Source: Desulfobacterales bacterium (lineage in GTDB: Bacteria; Desulfobacterota; Desulfobacteria; Desulfobacterales; UBA5852). From it: a stretch of 64,000 bases of DNA. A program made the position numbers and the translations under genes. Every line of letters starts with the position of its first letter. The first letter of the stretch is position 1. The stretch covers positions 2,464,001 through 2,528,000 of the forward strand of contig CAXXVS010000002.1 in assembly GCA_963674755.2 (NCBI GenBank), written 5' to 3'. Below the pieces are notes generated by a model, which was given only the letters and a program-made list of their open reading frames with translations, was not told the origin of the DNA and made no database searches. Below are positions 38,248 through 48,499 of the stretch, one piece after another.

Positions 38248-39436
38248 TTAAAAACCGGTTTGTTCATTCTGCTACATATGAAGGAATGGCAGGTCCTGAC
38301 GGTAGCGTCACAAAAAATCTGCTAAAACGCTACCATCAGCTGGCTCAGGGGGAGGTCGGTTTGATAATTCCAGGATTTATGTATGTCCATCCTCTCGGTC
38401 GGGCCTATAATGCCCCCATGGGCATTCACTCGGACAATATGATTGAAGGGCTGGCCAGTCTGGTAAAAGCAGTCCACGAATTTGATTCCAAAATTTTTTT
38501 CCAGATCAACCATGCCGGCCAGCAGACCCGTCCTGAAGATATCGGTCAGACGCCTTTGGCACCGAGCAACTCAGTCAGGGATCCGAGCTATTTTTTCAAA
38601 CCCAGGCAGATGGATGAAACCGAGATTAGAGACGCGGCAAAAGCATTTGCAGATGCTGCAGAAAGGGCTGTAAAGGCAGGGGCCGACGGGATACAAGTAC
38701 ATTGTGCCCATTGCTATCTGATCAATCAGTTTCTATCGCCTTTCTTTAACCGCAGACAGGACAAGTGGGGCGGATCGTCAGAAAACAGGTTTAGCTTCCT
38801 GAAACAAGTGATCCAATCCATACAGGATAGAGTGCCGGATGATTTCTGCATAACCGTCAAGCTAAATACCAATGATTTCACCCCCAAGCCAGGAATAACC
38901 CCTGAACTCGCCGTTGAATACGCCGGAATGCTCAAAGACCTGGGCGTTGACATGATCGAAGTAAGCTGCGGTTCATCCATATTCTCCTACATGAACATGT
39001 GCCGCGGGGATGTTCCGGTTAAAGAGCTGGTTCAGAGCATGCCGCTTTGGAAAAAGCCGCTTGCCTGGTTTATGATACAGAGTCTGAAAGGAAAGTATGA
39101 TCTTGATGAAGGATATAATATGGCCGCGGCAAGATCAATCCGGCCAATGATAGGAGATATCCCACTTGCTTTAGTGGGGGGCATGCGCACCCTGGACAAA
39201 ATGTCGCAGGCCGTCACAGACCAGGATGCGGATCTGATCTCCATGTCTCGTCCCTTTATCCGGGAGCCGTTTATCGTCAAAAAATTTAAAGAAAGTAAAA
39301 AAGGTAAGGTTTCATGTGTGTCTTGTAACCGTTGCCTGGCAGCCATTCCCAACGGTTTTCCAGTCCATTGCTATAATAAGGGTTTTCCAAGAAAAGCCTG
39401 AAAAAAATGGGTTACGGGAATTTGATACTTAAACCT

Positions 39437-39505
39437 ATTGGGATAGGGAGACGCCGCACTTCCACCCACTCCCCGCAGCATATGGGTCCGTAATGCGCTC
39501 TTCGG
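39437..39505 (-). mobile_element. Probable decayed 3' end (domains V-VI) of a group II intron
   Basis: Minus strand GAAGAGCGCATTACGGACCCATATGCTGCG...CCCTATCCCAAT resembles DV and the CCCTAYCCRAT-type terminus; no RT ORF present. Confidence 0.45.
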
Positions 39506-39946
39506 CTTATCGATATAAGATTGATGGTGAGCCAATTCGGCTTGCTGAGCAATGTCCGGATAAGTTTCGATTTTTTCGAAATGGATAATATTTTCATCCA
39601 CTGCATTCAGGGGATTGCATTCAAGTGCGCTCCATGCACCTTCTAATGCAATCGTTCGCCTGACTAAAAATTATCCCTTCAAAGTTTTCTGCCATCGAAA
39701 ACTGGCTAAATTCAGATCCGTAACGCGTATTTTGAAAATATTGGAATAGTGTGAACCTGCGCTATCACCAACTTGTCCGTAAAACACCCTGAATTGTGCT
39801 AGCTGCTATTAACAGAAAGCCCTCAATGTAGTTCTGAAATTTGAGATAGCTAAAAAATATGTAAACCTTGGGAGATTCATAGGATGCTTTGATAACGAAT
39901 TGTCAACGGATGCAAATTCCCCTCCCGATCAGGATTCTATGGGCGT

Positions 39947-40279
39947 TTAGCTTTCGATATCCCGTTTGAGCCGTTCAAATTCTTCTTTTGAAATCTCGCC
40001 TTTGGCGTAACGGGTTTTCAGAATATCCAGAGGCGTTTCACGATGACTCCCGAAAGATCCCCCGGCCCCGACATTCCGATTGTAAATGAGATAGACGACG
40101 ACAGCGATCACGATGATAATGATCAACCACATAACCCCTCCTCCATAACCGCCATAGCCCATCATGTTGCCCCAGCCCCCCATGGCGCCGCCCATCGGCT
40201 GCGGGGTGCACCCGAGAAAGGCGAGCGGCAGCAATATCCATGTCACAAGAATCCGAAGTGTTCGCTTCATTCTCATCAT
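39947..40279 (-). CDS. SHOCT-domain membrane protein
   Basis: MMGYGGYGG, TM helix, PLDILKTRYAKGEISKEEFER. Confidence 0.85.
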   Translation of the reverse strand: MMRMKRTLRILVTWILLPLAFLGCTPQPMGGAMGGWGNMMGYGGYGGGVMWLIIIIVIAVVVYLIYNRNVGAGGSFGSHRETPLDILKTRYAKGEISKEEFERLKRDIES

Positions 40280-40298
40280 GATGCCCCTATGGTCCCCC

Positions 40299-40781
40299 CT
40301 ATCCGCAGCACGATCCATGCAACGGTATGGTCGATCTGTCCGATGGCGTCACGATCGCGGTGATGGTAGGGGTCATCCGGATGCGCAATCGCCGGCTGCG
40401 TCCGATGCAGACCGCCGTCCCGAAGCCCAGACCCAGCCCCGCCAGCCCTCCCAGAACCGACGCACCGTTGCCCCAGCCTGCGGTGCCGCCCAGCCATAGT
40501 CCGCCCACCGCGCCCAGGATCAAGGTTGCGATGGGCAGCAGGTACATGATGGCCGCCCCTTTGAAGAGCGTGGCCGGGGGAATGCTGATCCTGACCACAT
40601 CCCCCACACCGGCATTGACCGGGTTGCTGACCTCACTTTCCAGCTTGCTGCTCGCTGTCAGACAGCCATGGCAATGGCCGGGTCCGGAATGGCAGCCGCC
40701 GCAGGCACTGTTGCGGTCGGTCACCACCCGCGCCATGCCGTTCGATTCATTGTTGACGACGATTCCGATCTGCTCACCCAT
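40299..40781 (-). CDS. RseC/MucC-family protein
   Basis: SACGGC...C..C, NPVNAGVGD.V.I, AAIMYLLP, two TMs. Confidence 0.82.
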   Translation of the reverse strand: MGEQIGIVVNNESNGMARVVTDRNSACGGCHSGPGHCHGCLTASSKLESEVSNPVNAGVGDVVRISIPPATLFKGAAIMYLLPIATLILGAVGGLWLGGTAGWGNGASVLGGLAGLGLGFGTAVCIGRSRRLRIRMTPTITAIVTPSDRSTIPLHGSCCG

Positions 40782-40793
40782 GTTGCACCTCGC

Positions 40794-41141
40794 TCAGGAG
40801 ACAATCAGTTTGCCATCCATCCAGAAATGTCCCCAGCCGCAGAAGTGCGTGCACTTGAAGGTGAATTCGCCCTTTTTGTCGGCTACGAATTCGATTCGTA
40901 CGGTCTTGCCGGGAGGCAAATCCTTATCGATGTTGAAGGCGGACAGCCCGAAGCCATGTTCCGTGTCGATCGCCGTCACCTCCAGCACGACCGTGTCGCC
41001 CAAGTTCACGTTGATGGTTTCAGGGGTAAAATGATACTTTTCGGCGGTCATTTTGATGACCCTGGTTTCCGCGGCCGAAGCGCCCGCCGTATAGCCCAGA
41101 ACCACGAGAAAGACGCTTGCCAAGCCGATCCATTTTTTCAT
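40794..41141 (-). CDS. Periplasmic cupredoxin with CuA-type site
   Basis: Signal peptide; HGF and CTHFCGWGHFWM. Confidence 0.85.
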   Translation of the reverse strand: MKKWIGLASVFLVVLGYTAGASAAETRVIKMTAEKYHFTPETINVNLGDTVVLEVTAIDTEHGFGLSAFNIDKDLPPGKTVRIEFVADKKGEFTFKCTHFCGWGHFWMDGKLIVS

Positions 41142-41276
41142 AGCAGCACCTCGCTTTTCTTCTCCTTTGCGGTCGCCGTCATTGCGGACGGGGATCGTTC
41201 CCCAAAGCTGTTGCAACGATGCAACCTACAGGGACGTAAACGGGTTCTTCCCTTCCATAGATCCTGGCATGCCCCT

Positions 41277-41687
41277 CTACCAGGCGTTCGCATAAGGCGC
41301 GTTTGGATAACGTCCGGCCTCTTCCTGTTGCAGCAAATCGAACCCGTATTCTGCATGGGCCAATTCCGCCCGCAATTTCCCGATGTCGTGATGCAGCCGT
41401 TCGACCTTGGTTACGTCGGGGATGGGGCGGTTCAGTTCCTGATCGAGGGCGACCTGCCGGGCCTTGATGGCCTGGTGCAGACAGCGGTATTCCTGATCGT
41501 ACTGTTGGCGCTCATGCGCTTTCTGGGCGAGGGTTTCCAGCGGCAACGGGGCGTCATTGCGCCATTGGCCCTGGTCGTTCATTTTATGATCGTTCAGGTA
41601 GCCTCCGCCGCCCAGCCCGCCGGCCCAGGCGGCGGGTGTCATCAACAATAGGGTTGCGCTTAAAGCGACCATCCATATTCTTTTCAT
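41277..41687 (-). CDS. Periplasmic Spy/CpxP/ZraP-like helical protein
   Basis: Signal peptide; LDQELNRPIPDVTKVERLHHDIGKLRAEL resembles the equivalent segments of 45452 and 46303. Confidence 0.6.
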   Translation of the reverse strand: MKRIWMVALSATLLLMTPAAWAGGLGGGGYLNDHKMNDQGQWRNDAPLPLETLAQKAHERQQYDQEYRCLHQAIKARQVALDQELNRPIPDVTKVERLHHDIGKLRAELAHAEYGFDLLQQEEAGRYPNAPYANAW

Positions 41688-41797
41688 GAGGATTCTCCCT
41701 GGCTGTTTTCTTGTTCGGACACTTAGCCCCATCTTCGCGGCGCACCCGCGGTCTTGCCTTCGGGGGGCGCCCCTTTTCCTTCCAAGCTTGCCTGTCG

Positions 41798-44239
41798 TTA
41801 CTTTATCCGGGCCCGATACAGCCGCAGGCTGTTGCTCACCACCGAAATGCTGCTCATGGCCATGGCCAGGGCCGCCAGGATGGGGTGCAGATGGCGCAGG
41901 ATCTCGGGCAATCCGCTGAAAGGCGCCAGTACGCCTGCCGCTATGGGGATCAGGACCACATTGTAGACAAAGGCCAAAAAGAGGTTTTCGCGCACCGTGC
42001 GCATGGTCCGGCGGCTGATGGCGATGGTGCGCGGAATGCCGTTGAGGCTGCCGCTGGACAGGATCACGTCGGCGGTCTCGATGGCCACGTCCGTGCCGGT
42101 GCCGATGGCCAGGCCCACATCGGCCTGGGCCAGGGCCGGGGCATCGTTGATGCCGTCGCCCACCATCCCCACGATTTTGCCTTCTTCCTGGATCGCTTTG
42201 ACCTTGGCTGACTTTTCTTCCGGCCGCACTTCGGCGAAGATATCCTCGATGCCCACCTGGGCGGCGATGGTATGGGCGGTCTGAGGATTGTCGCCGGTCA
42301 GCATGATGACCTGCAGGCCCTGGTGCTGCAAAGCGGCAATAGCTTCGGCCGACTCTGATTTCACGGCATCGGCCACCGTCAGCAGGCCCGCCGTCTGATC
42401 GTCGCGGGTGACCACCATGACGGTCTTGCCCTCTTCCTGCAGCCTTGTGATATCACCGGCGGCATCCTCCAGGACGGCGTTGTTGAACCACTTGGGCTTG
42501 CCCACCCGCAGGGCTTGGCCGCTCACCCGGCCTTCCACTCCGAATCCGCCATGGGCTCTGAAATCTTCCAGTTTGCCCAACAGCAGGCCACGCTCCCGGG
42601 CTTCACGAACGATCGCCTTGCCCAAAGGATGTTCGGAGCCCTGCTCCACGGAAGCGGCCAGCACGAGCAATTCGTCTTCCGTAATACCGGCCCCGGGCCG
42701 GGGCACCAGGTCGGCCACGGCGGGTTTGCCTTCGGTGATGGTGCCGGTCTTGTCCAGCACGATGCTGTCCAGTTCGGTGGCTTTCTCCAGGGCGGCCGCC
42801 TGTTTGAACAGGATGCCCTTCTCGGCGCCCTTGCCGGTGCCGGCCATGATTGCCGTGGGTGTGGCCAGCCCGAGGGCACAGGGACAGGCGATGACCAGCA
42901 CGGCCACCAGGCGGATCATGGCAGGCACGAATTGGCCGCCGATCGCCCACCAGATGCCGAAGGTGACGAGCGCGATCAGGATCACCCCCGGCACAAAGAC
43001 GGCCGCCACACGGTCGGCCAGGGCCTGGATGGGGGCCTTGCTGCCCTGGGCTTCCTGCACCAGGCGGATGATCTGGGCCAGGGCGGTCTCGTGCCCCACC
43101 CGGGTGGCGCGGAACTTCAGCAGCCCTTCGCCGTTGATGGTGCCGCCGATCACCGTATCGCCGGTCGTCTTGTCCACCGGCAGGGGTTCGCCGCTGAGCA
43201 TGGCCTCGTCCACCGCCGAGCGGCCTTCGATCACCTGGCCGTCCACCGGGATGCGTTCGCCCGGCCGCACCACCACCACCATCTCCTTGGCGACCCGCGA
43301 CAGGGCGATCTCCTTTTCTTCCGTTCCATCGAGAATGACGGCGGTCTTGGGCTGTAAGCCGATCAGTTTGCGAATGGCGCTGCCGGTCTTGCCCTTGGTG
43401 CGGGCCTCCAGCAGCTTGCCCAGTTTGATCAGGGTGATGATCACGGCCGAGGTTTCGAAGTAGACATGGGTTCCCAGGGCGGGCAGGAAGAGCACGGTCA
43501 GGGAGTAGAAGTAGGCCACCGAAGAGCCCAGGGCGATCAGGACATCCATGTTGGCGCTCTTGTTGCGCAGACTTTTCAAACCGCCCACGTAATAGTCCCA
43601 GCCGGTGTAGAACTGGACCGGCGTGGCCAGGGCCAGGAAAAGCCAGTTCATCCAGACCGCATGGCTCCAAGTACCGATGATGCTGAAATCCCGCAGCATG
43701 CTCAACACGAAAAGGGGCGCCGCGAAAATCACGCCCACGATGAACTTGCGGGTCTGGTCTTTGATTTCGGCGCTCCGCGCTTGCAGCTCGGCATCTTCGG
43801 CATCCCCGCTCTCGTCCGGTGCGATGGCGCCGTAGCCCGCTTTCTCGATGGCGGCCACGATGGCGTCGATGGTCACCACGTCGGGCAGGTAATCCACGGC
43901 CGCCCGCTCGCTGGCAAAATTCACCGCGGCCTTCACCACCCCGTCCACCTTCTTATCGAGGACACGCGCGATGGTGGCAGCACAGTTGGCGCAGCTCATG
44001 CCGGTAATGGGCAATTCCACATGGGTGGCCGGCACTTTATAGCCCGAGCGCTGGATGCTCGCGACCAAATCCGCGACGGTCAAGGCCTCGGTGTCAAAAC
44101 GCACCTGGGCCTGTTCGGAGGCGAAATTGACCGAGGCCTCCTCGATGCCGTCCAGCTTTTTAAAACCACGCTCGATATTGGCGGCACAGTTGGCGCAGCT
44201 CATACCGGTAATGGGCAGGGTAACGGTCTCCTCACTCAC
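41798..44239 (-). CDS. copA: Cu(I)-translocating P1B-1 ATPase
   Basis: Two GMSCANC HMA domains, [22 protein letters not shown] and MAMSS. Confidence 0.93.
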   Translation of the reverse strand: MSEETVTLPITGMSCANCAANIERGFKKLDGIEEASVNFASEQAQVRFDTEALTVADLVASIQRSGYKVPATHVELPITGMSCANCAATIARVLDKKVDGVVKAAVNFASERAAVDYLPDVVTIDAIVAAIEKAGYGAIAPDESGDAEDAELQARSAEIKDQTRKFIVGVIFAAPLFVLSMLRDFSIIGTWSHAVWMNWLFLALATPVQFYTGWDYYVGGLKSLRNKSANMDVLIALGSSVAYFYSLTVLFLPALGTHVYFETSAVIITLIKLGKLLEARTKGKTGSAIRKLIGLQPKTAVILDGTEEKEIALSRVAKEMVVVVRPGERIPVDGQVIEGRSAVDEAMLSGEPLPVDKTTGDTVIGGTINGEGLLKFRATRVGHETALAQIIRLVQEAQGSKAPIQALADRVAAVFVPGVILIALVTFGIWWAIGGQFVPAMIRLVAVLVIACPCALGLATPTAIMAGTGKGAEKGILFKQAAALEKATELDSIVLDKTGTITEGKPAVADLVPRPGAGITEDELLVLAASVEQGSEHPLGKAIVREARERGLLLGKLEDFRAHGGFGVEGRVSGQALRVGKPKWFNNAVLEDAAGDITRLQEEGKTVMVVTRDDQTAGLLTVADAVKSESAEAIAALQHQGLQVIMLTGDNPQTAHTIAAQVGIEDIFAEVRPEEKSAKVKAIQEEGKIVGMVGDGINDAPALAQADVGLAIGTGTDVAIETADVILSSGSLNGIPRTIAISRRTMRTVRENLFLAFVYNVVLIPIAAGVLAPFSGLPEILRHLHPILAALAMAMSSISVVSNSLRLYRARIK

Positions 44240-44282
44240 GGCCGTCTCCTTTCAGCATTGTCGGGTGAAGCGGTGGGGAATT

Positions 44283-44471
44283 TCAGACCTTTTCCGTCCG
44301 CGTTTCTTTTTCTTCCGTGGACCGGGCCCCCCCATTGTCCGACGGTTCGTGCAAAGCCTTCGGATGGGGTGCCCACCCCTTGCCGTGACCGTCCTTGTCC
44401 GGCATGTGACGATCCACCAGGTTTCTAAGGTAAGTCTGCAAATCGGTATTGGCCAACGGATTCATGGTCAT
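44283..44471 (-). CDS. Small hypothetical protein
   Basis: RBS AAAGGAG; lies between a sigma54 promoter and copA. Confidence 0.4.
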   Translation of the reverse strand: MTMNPLANTDLQTYLRNLVDRHMPDKDGHGKGWAPHPKALHEPSDNGGARSTEEKETRTEKV

Positions 44472-44500
44472 CTCCTTTCCCCATGTTGCAGCGTAAATAG

Positions 44501-44516
44501 AGCAATCCGTGTGCCA
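44501..44516 (-). promoter_or_regulatory. Sigma54 promoter for the copA operon
   Basis: TGGCAC-ACGGA-TTGCT on the minus strand, followed upstream by an AT-rich IHF-like tract. Confidence 0.85.
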
Positions 44517-44727
44517 GCCAGCATAAAAATAGTTTTTTACTTTAATTTCTATAGGTTAAGATTTTTTTGGGAGAATGACGCTCGGGTAATTTCGTTACAG
44601 CGCTTGGGGGAAGAAAACGAGGGACTGTGTAATGATTACCCATTCCGTCTCAATCCGGCACGGAAGGGACGCCCGGCGGAAAGGGATGCGACCGCGCCTG
44701 GTGCACCACCGGCCGCATCCCTTCATT

Positions 44728-44973
44728 CTAGTGGCATGTCATGGGTTTGCCTCCGGTGGCCTTTTCCATGCGGGCCAAGTAGCGCCGCCAGAACCCCTTG
44801 CGCTTGGGCTTGGTGTAGCGCTCCGGGTTGGCGAGAAAGGCGTCGCGGCACCCTTCCGCACAAAAAAAAACGTTGATGCCCTCATGGCAGATTTCCGCGG
44901 TGGCGGTCGACGGGTCGACTTCCATGCCGCAGACCGGATCGATCATTCTGGTTGTGGATCTATGGGTGTTCAT
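44728..44973 (-). CDS. YHS-domain protein
   Basis: DPVCGMEVD, FFCAEGC...F.ANPERY. Confidence 0.88.
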   Translation of the reverse strand: MNTHRSTTRMIDPVCGMEVDPSTATAEICHEGINVFFCAEGCRDAFLANPERYTKPKRKGFWRRYLARMEKATGGKPMTCH

Positions 44974-45338
44974 TGTTCCCTCCCCCCTTGTTCCAGGTCG
45001 CGTCGCATGGCATCGTAGCGCTCCTTGTCGATCTCACCCCGGGCGTAGCGTTTCTGGAGAATTTCAAGCGCGCTTTCGGCGCGCGGAGCTCCTTGGCCGT
45101 CCCCGCTGCCGGTAAAAAGCGCCGCGATCAACAGGACCAGCGCAACGATGACCACCACCCAGAAAAGCAACATCAGGATCCCGAAACCGGCACCGCCGCC
45201 GATCATCATGCCTTGGGGCATCTGCCAGTAGCCGGTGGCCCATACGCTGTAGCGGTGGTTGAACAGGAACCAGATCGCCCCGGCCACAAGGGCGGCCGAT
45301 ATGCCGATGCTCAGATAAGTGCTTTTTTTATGATCCAT
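44970..45338 (-). CDS. SHOCT-domain membrane protein
   Basis: Two TMs; ALEILQKRYARGEIDKERYD. Confidence 0.85.
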   Translation of the reverse strand: MDHKKSTYLSIGISAALVAGAIWFLFNHRYSVWATGYWQMPQGMMIGGGAGFGILMLLFWVVVIVALVLLIAALFTGSGDGQGAPRAESALEILQKRYARGEIDKERYDAMRRDLEQGGREQ

Positions 45339-45451
45339 CACGGTGGGTTCTCCCTGCTCCAAAGCCTGATTTTGGCAGGCCGGCTATCTGCTTAGATTGT
45401 ATGGTCCGGGGCCGTTGGCCAGGCGGCCCCGGACGAGCGGTCGATTGCGAT

Positions 45452-46153
45452 TTACCAACCGTAGTCGCCGCGGAATCCGCCGGCATACGCCCGGTCGTGG
45501 TCCGAATCGGGCCGGGCCTTGTGAAGGGCCAGATCGTATTTAACCGAATATCGATCGAACTTGGCCTGCAACGAGGCCAATTCCTTTCGCAGCACTTTGA
45601 TCCTGTGCCGATTGGGAATCACCCGGTCCTTTTCGCGCTGGATGGCATGGCGGGTCTCGGCCATCTTTTCCTGCAGTCCGCGGGTCTGATGGTAGAACTT
45701 CGCCCGGGCCTTTTCCAGTCGGCGATATTCGCTCCGGGACAGATTGTGGTGGACCAGCCCATAGCTGTCATAGTCCGGCCCCATCATATCGTCATGGTGA
45801 TTCCAGCCGTCATGGTGGTTCCAGCCGTCGTGATGGCGCCAGTCGTCATGGTGGTGCCAGTCGTGGTCCATCATGGGACCGCCATGGTCGTAATACCCCA
45901 TCATGGGACCGCCGTCCCCCCCGCCGTAATCCCGTATATGGCCGCCGTAGTGCCAGTCGTGATCCGCCATGTGACCGCCGTAGCCGTCATCGAAATTACC
46001 CATCATGGGACCGCCGTCGTAATTCCACACATGGCCGCTGTCGTCGTCGCGGTCGCCCCGTTGCCCCCAGTCACCATGCGCCAGGGCGATACCGGACCCC
46101 GTGAAAACCAGCAGAACCGCCAGAATGAAGGCACTGCGCAATTGCCGTTTCAT
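45452..46153 (-). CDS. His/Met/Gly-rich periplasmic Spy/CpxP/ZraP-like protein
   Basis: Signal ALA|H; GGPMMG, DHDWH and WxHHD repeats; helical C-domain similar to 46303-46860. Confidence 0.75.
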   Translation of the reverse strand: MKRQLRSAFILAVLLVFTGSGIALAHGDWGQRGDRDDDSGHVWNYDGGPMMGNFDDGYGGHMADHDWHYGGHIRDYGGGDGGPMMGYYDHGGPMMDHDWHHHDDWRHHDGWNHHDGWNHHDDMMGPDYDSYGLVHHNLSRSEYRRLEKARAKFYHQTRGLQEKMAETRHAIQREKDRVIPNRHRIKVLRKELASLQAKFDRYSVKYDLALHKARPDSDHDRAYAGGFRGDYGW

Positions 46154-46302
46154 ATCGTTTCTCCTTTGCTGGTTTGCGATCCATCGTCGTGCTTCCCTTC
46201 ATATCTGGATTCCGATTTCTGCAAACCCGCTTTATGTTTGTATCTCGTATTACGGTCCGGGACCGTTGCGAAGTCGGCCTCGGACGAGCGGCAGGTTGCG
46301 GA

Positions 46303-46860
46303 CTACCAGCCGTAGCCACCGCGGTATCCGTATCCGTTTCCGTAAGCCGGACCAGGGGTCGCATCGGGCGCGATCTTCCGGACAGCCAGATGATAGTTCA
46401 GCGCGTCCTTATCGTACTGCGCTCGCAAGGCGGACAAATCCTTCTGGAGGGCTTCGAGCTTGGTCCGGTCGGGGTTCGGCTGGCTCAATTGTTCCTGGAT
46501 GGCATATTGTTTTTGATCCATTTTTTGCCGCAGATCCTGGGTCTGATCGTAGAATTTCTGCCGGGCGTTATCCAGCTGGTTGTATTGATCCTGGGACAAG
46601 TTGCCATAAGCCGGTCCATAGCCCGGCCCCATCATGGGACCGTAGCCGGGCCCCATCATCGGGCCGTAGCCGCCGCCATAGCCGTAGCCCATCATGGGAC
46701 CACCATAGCCGCCCCCATAGCCCATCATGGGACCGCCATAGCCGCCACCGTAGCCCATCATGCCGCCGTATCCGCCATGGGCCCATACAACGCCGGCACC
46801 GGCGAGAATAAATATGGCACTGATAATAAGCGTGTTGCGTATCTGTGTTCTGTTCATCAT
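46303..46860 (-). CDS. ZraP/Spy/CpxP-like periplasmic protein with GPMMG repeats
   Basis: Signal VWA|H; GPMMG(Y/P)GYG repeats; NLSQDQ...FYDQTQDLR...NPDRTKLEALQK. Confidence 0.8.
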   Translation of the reverse strand: MMNRTQIRNTLIISAIFILAGAGVVWAHGGYGGMMGYGGGYGGPMMGYGGGYGGPMMGYGYGGGYGPMMGPGYGPMMGPGYGPAYGNLSQDQYNQLDNARQKFYDQTQDLRQKMDQKQYAIQEQLSQPNPDRTKLEALQKDLSALRAQYDKDALNYHLAVRKIAPDATPGPAYGNGYGYRGGYGW

Positions 46861-46911
46861 TCGATCTCCTTGTATAAGGGTACTGGCTAAAGGTCGTTTC
46901 TTCGAAGATAT

Positions 46912-46927
46912 GGCAAAGCCCGTGCCA
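46912..46927 (-). promoter_or_regulatory. Sigma54 promoter for the ZraP-like operon
   Basis: TGGCACG-GGCT-TTGCC on the minus strand, with an AT-rich IHF-like tract upstream. Confidence 0.88.
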
Positions 46928-47119
46928 TTGTTAGCGACGACGTCGCATTATTTTTTTAACCTTTTGTTATTTTTATATTATTTAGCTTACGTAGGGCTGT
47001 GCAGGGCGCCTTGTCGGCCTGACGCCCTGGGTAGAAGTGACACGCTTGAGGGGAATATTGCGGGAACCGCCTGTAACCTATTTACACAGGATGGCTTGGC
47101 CGGCCGGGATCGACGGGAT

Positions 47120-48499
47120 TTAAGCCAAATCATAGGCCTTCAACTTGTTGTGCAGGGTTTTGCGGGAGATGCCCAGCCGCCGCGCGGTCTCGCTCTTGTT
47201 GCCCTCCGTGGCGGCCAGGGTGGCCATGATGGCGTCCTTCTCCAGATCTTCCAGCGTGCGGTTGCCGTCCGTGGCAGGCGGGGCGGCAACCTCCGCCGGG
47301 ACATGACCCGGATGCTGGCGGACGATCCGCAGCGGCAGATGTTTATCGGTGAGATGTTCGCCGGAGACCAGGATCACCGCCCGTTCGATGGCATTTTCAA
47401 GCTCGCGGACATTACCCGGCCAGCCGTATTTGAGCAGCATGTCCATGGCCAGGGGGGCGAAGCCTTTGACCGTCTTGCGGTTGCGGCGGGCGTAGTGGTT
47501 GAGGAAGTGCTGGGCCAGCAGGGGGATGTCTTCCTGCCGGTCGCGCAGGGGCGGGATGGTCAGGTGCACGACGTTGAGCCGATAGAAGAGATCTTCACGA
47601 AAGCGCCCGTCGGTCACGTCCTTTTCAAGATCGCGGTTGGTGGCGGCCACCACCCGCACGTCCACCGGCAGAACGGCTTCACTGCCCACGCGCTGGATTT
47701 CTTTTTCCTGGAGGACCCGCAGGAGCTTGGCCTGCATGCGGGGGGAGGTCTCCCCGATCTCGTCCAGGAAAATCGTCCCGCTGTCGGCCTGTTTGAAGCG
47801 GCCTTCGCGCCGGCGGTCGGCCCCGGTGAAGGCCCCCTTTTCGTGTCCGAAAAGCTCGGACTCCAGCAGACTCTCGGCCAGGGCCGCACAATTGACGGTG
47901 ACCAGCGGGCCTTCGCGGCGGGGGCTGTTGTCATGCAGCGAGCGTGCGATCAGCTCCTTGCCGGTGCCGCTCTCCCCCGATATCAGCACGGTGGCTTCGG
48001 AAGGCGCCACCATGGCCAGCATGTCCATCAATGCCTTCATGGAAGCGCTCTTGCCGATGATGTCCGGCCGATCGAAATCTTCCTGCAGACGTGCTTTGAG
48101 ATCGTCGTTTTCCGCTTTGAGGCCGGCATGCTCGCAGGCCCGCTCGATACTGAGTTTCAGGACATCAAAATCAAAGGGTTTGATTAAATAATCGTAGGCC
48201 CCGCCCTTGAGGGCCTCCACGGCCGATTCCACGGAAGAATAGGCGGTCATGACGATGATCGGGATGGCGGGGTTGTAGCCTTTGATATGGTCCAGGGCCT
48301 CGATGCCGCTCATGGTCGTCATGCGCACGTCCATCAGGATCAGGTCCACCGGCAGGGCTTTGACCCGCTCCACGGCCTCCCGGCCGTCCGTGGCGGTTTC
48401 CACCTGATAGCCCCAGCTGCGGATAACGGTGGCCAGCGAAATCAGGTGGCCGGGGTCGTCGTCCACGATCATGATCCGGGTTGTCTTGGCGGCCGTCAT
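47120..48499 (-). CDS. Sigma54-dependent response regulator (ZraR/NtrC family)
   Basis: Receiver (VDDD, DVRM), GESGTGKE, GAFTGA, FREDLFYRLNV, WPGNVRELEN, Fis HTH. Confidence 0.95.
   Translation of the reverse strand: MTAAKTTRIMIVDDDPGHLISLATVIRSWGYQVETATDGREAVERVKALPVDLILMDVRMTTMSGIEALDHIKGYNPAIPIIVMTAYSSVESAVEALKGGAYDYLIKPFDFDVLKLSIERACEHAGLKAENDDLKARLQEDFDRPDIIGKSASMKALMDMLAMVAPSEATVLISGESGTGKELIARSLHDNSPRREGPLVTVNCAALAESLLESELFGHEKGAFTGADRRREGRFKQADSGTIFLDEIGETSPRMQAKLLRVLQEKEIQRVGSEAVLPVDVRVVAATNRDLEKDVTDGRFREDLFYRLNVVHLTIPPLRDRQEDIPLLAQHFLNHYARRNRKTVKGFAPLAMDMLLKYGWPGNVRELENAIERAVILVSGEHLTDKHLPLRIVRQHPGHVPAEVAAPPATDGNRTLEDLEKDAIMATLAATEGNKSETARRLGISRKTLHNKLKAYDLA

Larger units (their letters stand above)
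37642..39401 (+). pseudogene. NADH:flavin oxidoreductase (Old Yellow Enzyme family) interrupted by IS200
   Basis: MNVLFTSQMVGNVE (37642-37683) continues as IKNRFVHSATYEGMA after the IS; QINHAG, GADGIQVHCAHCYLINQFLSP, SMSRPFIREP, CVSCNRC. Confidence 0.85.
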
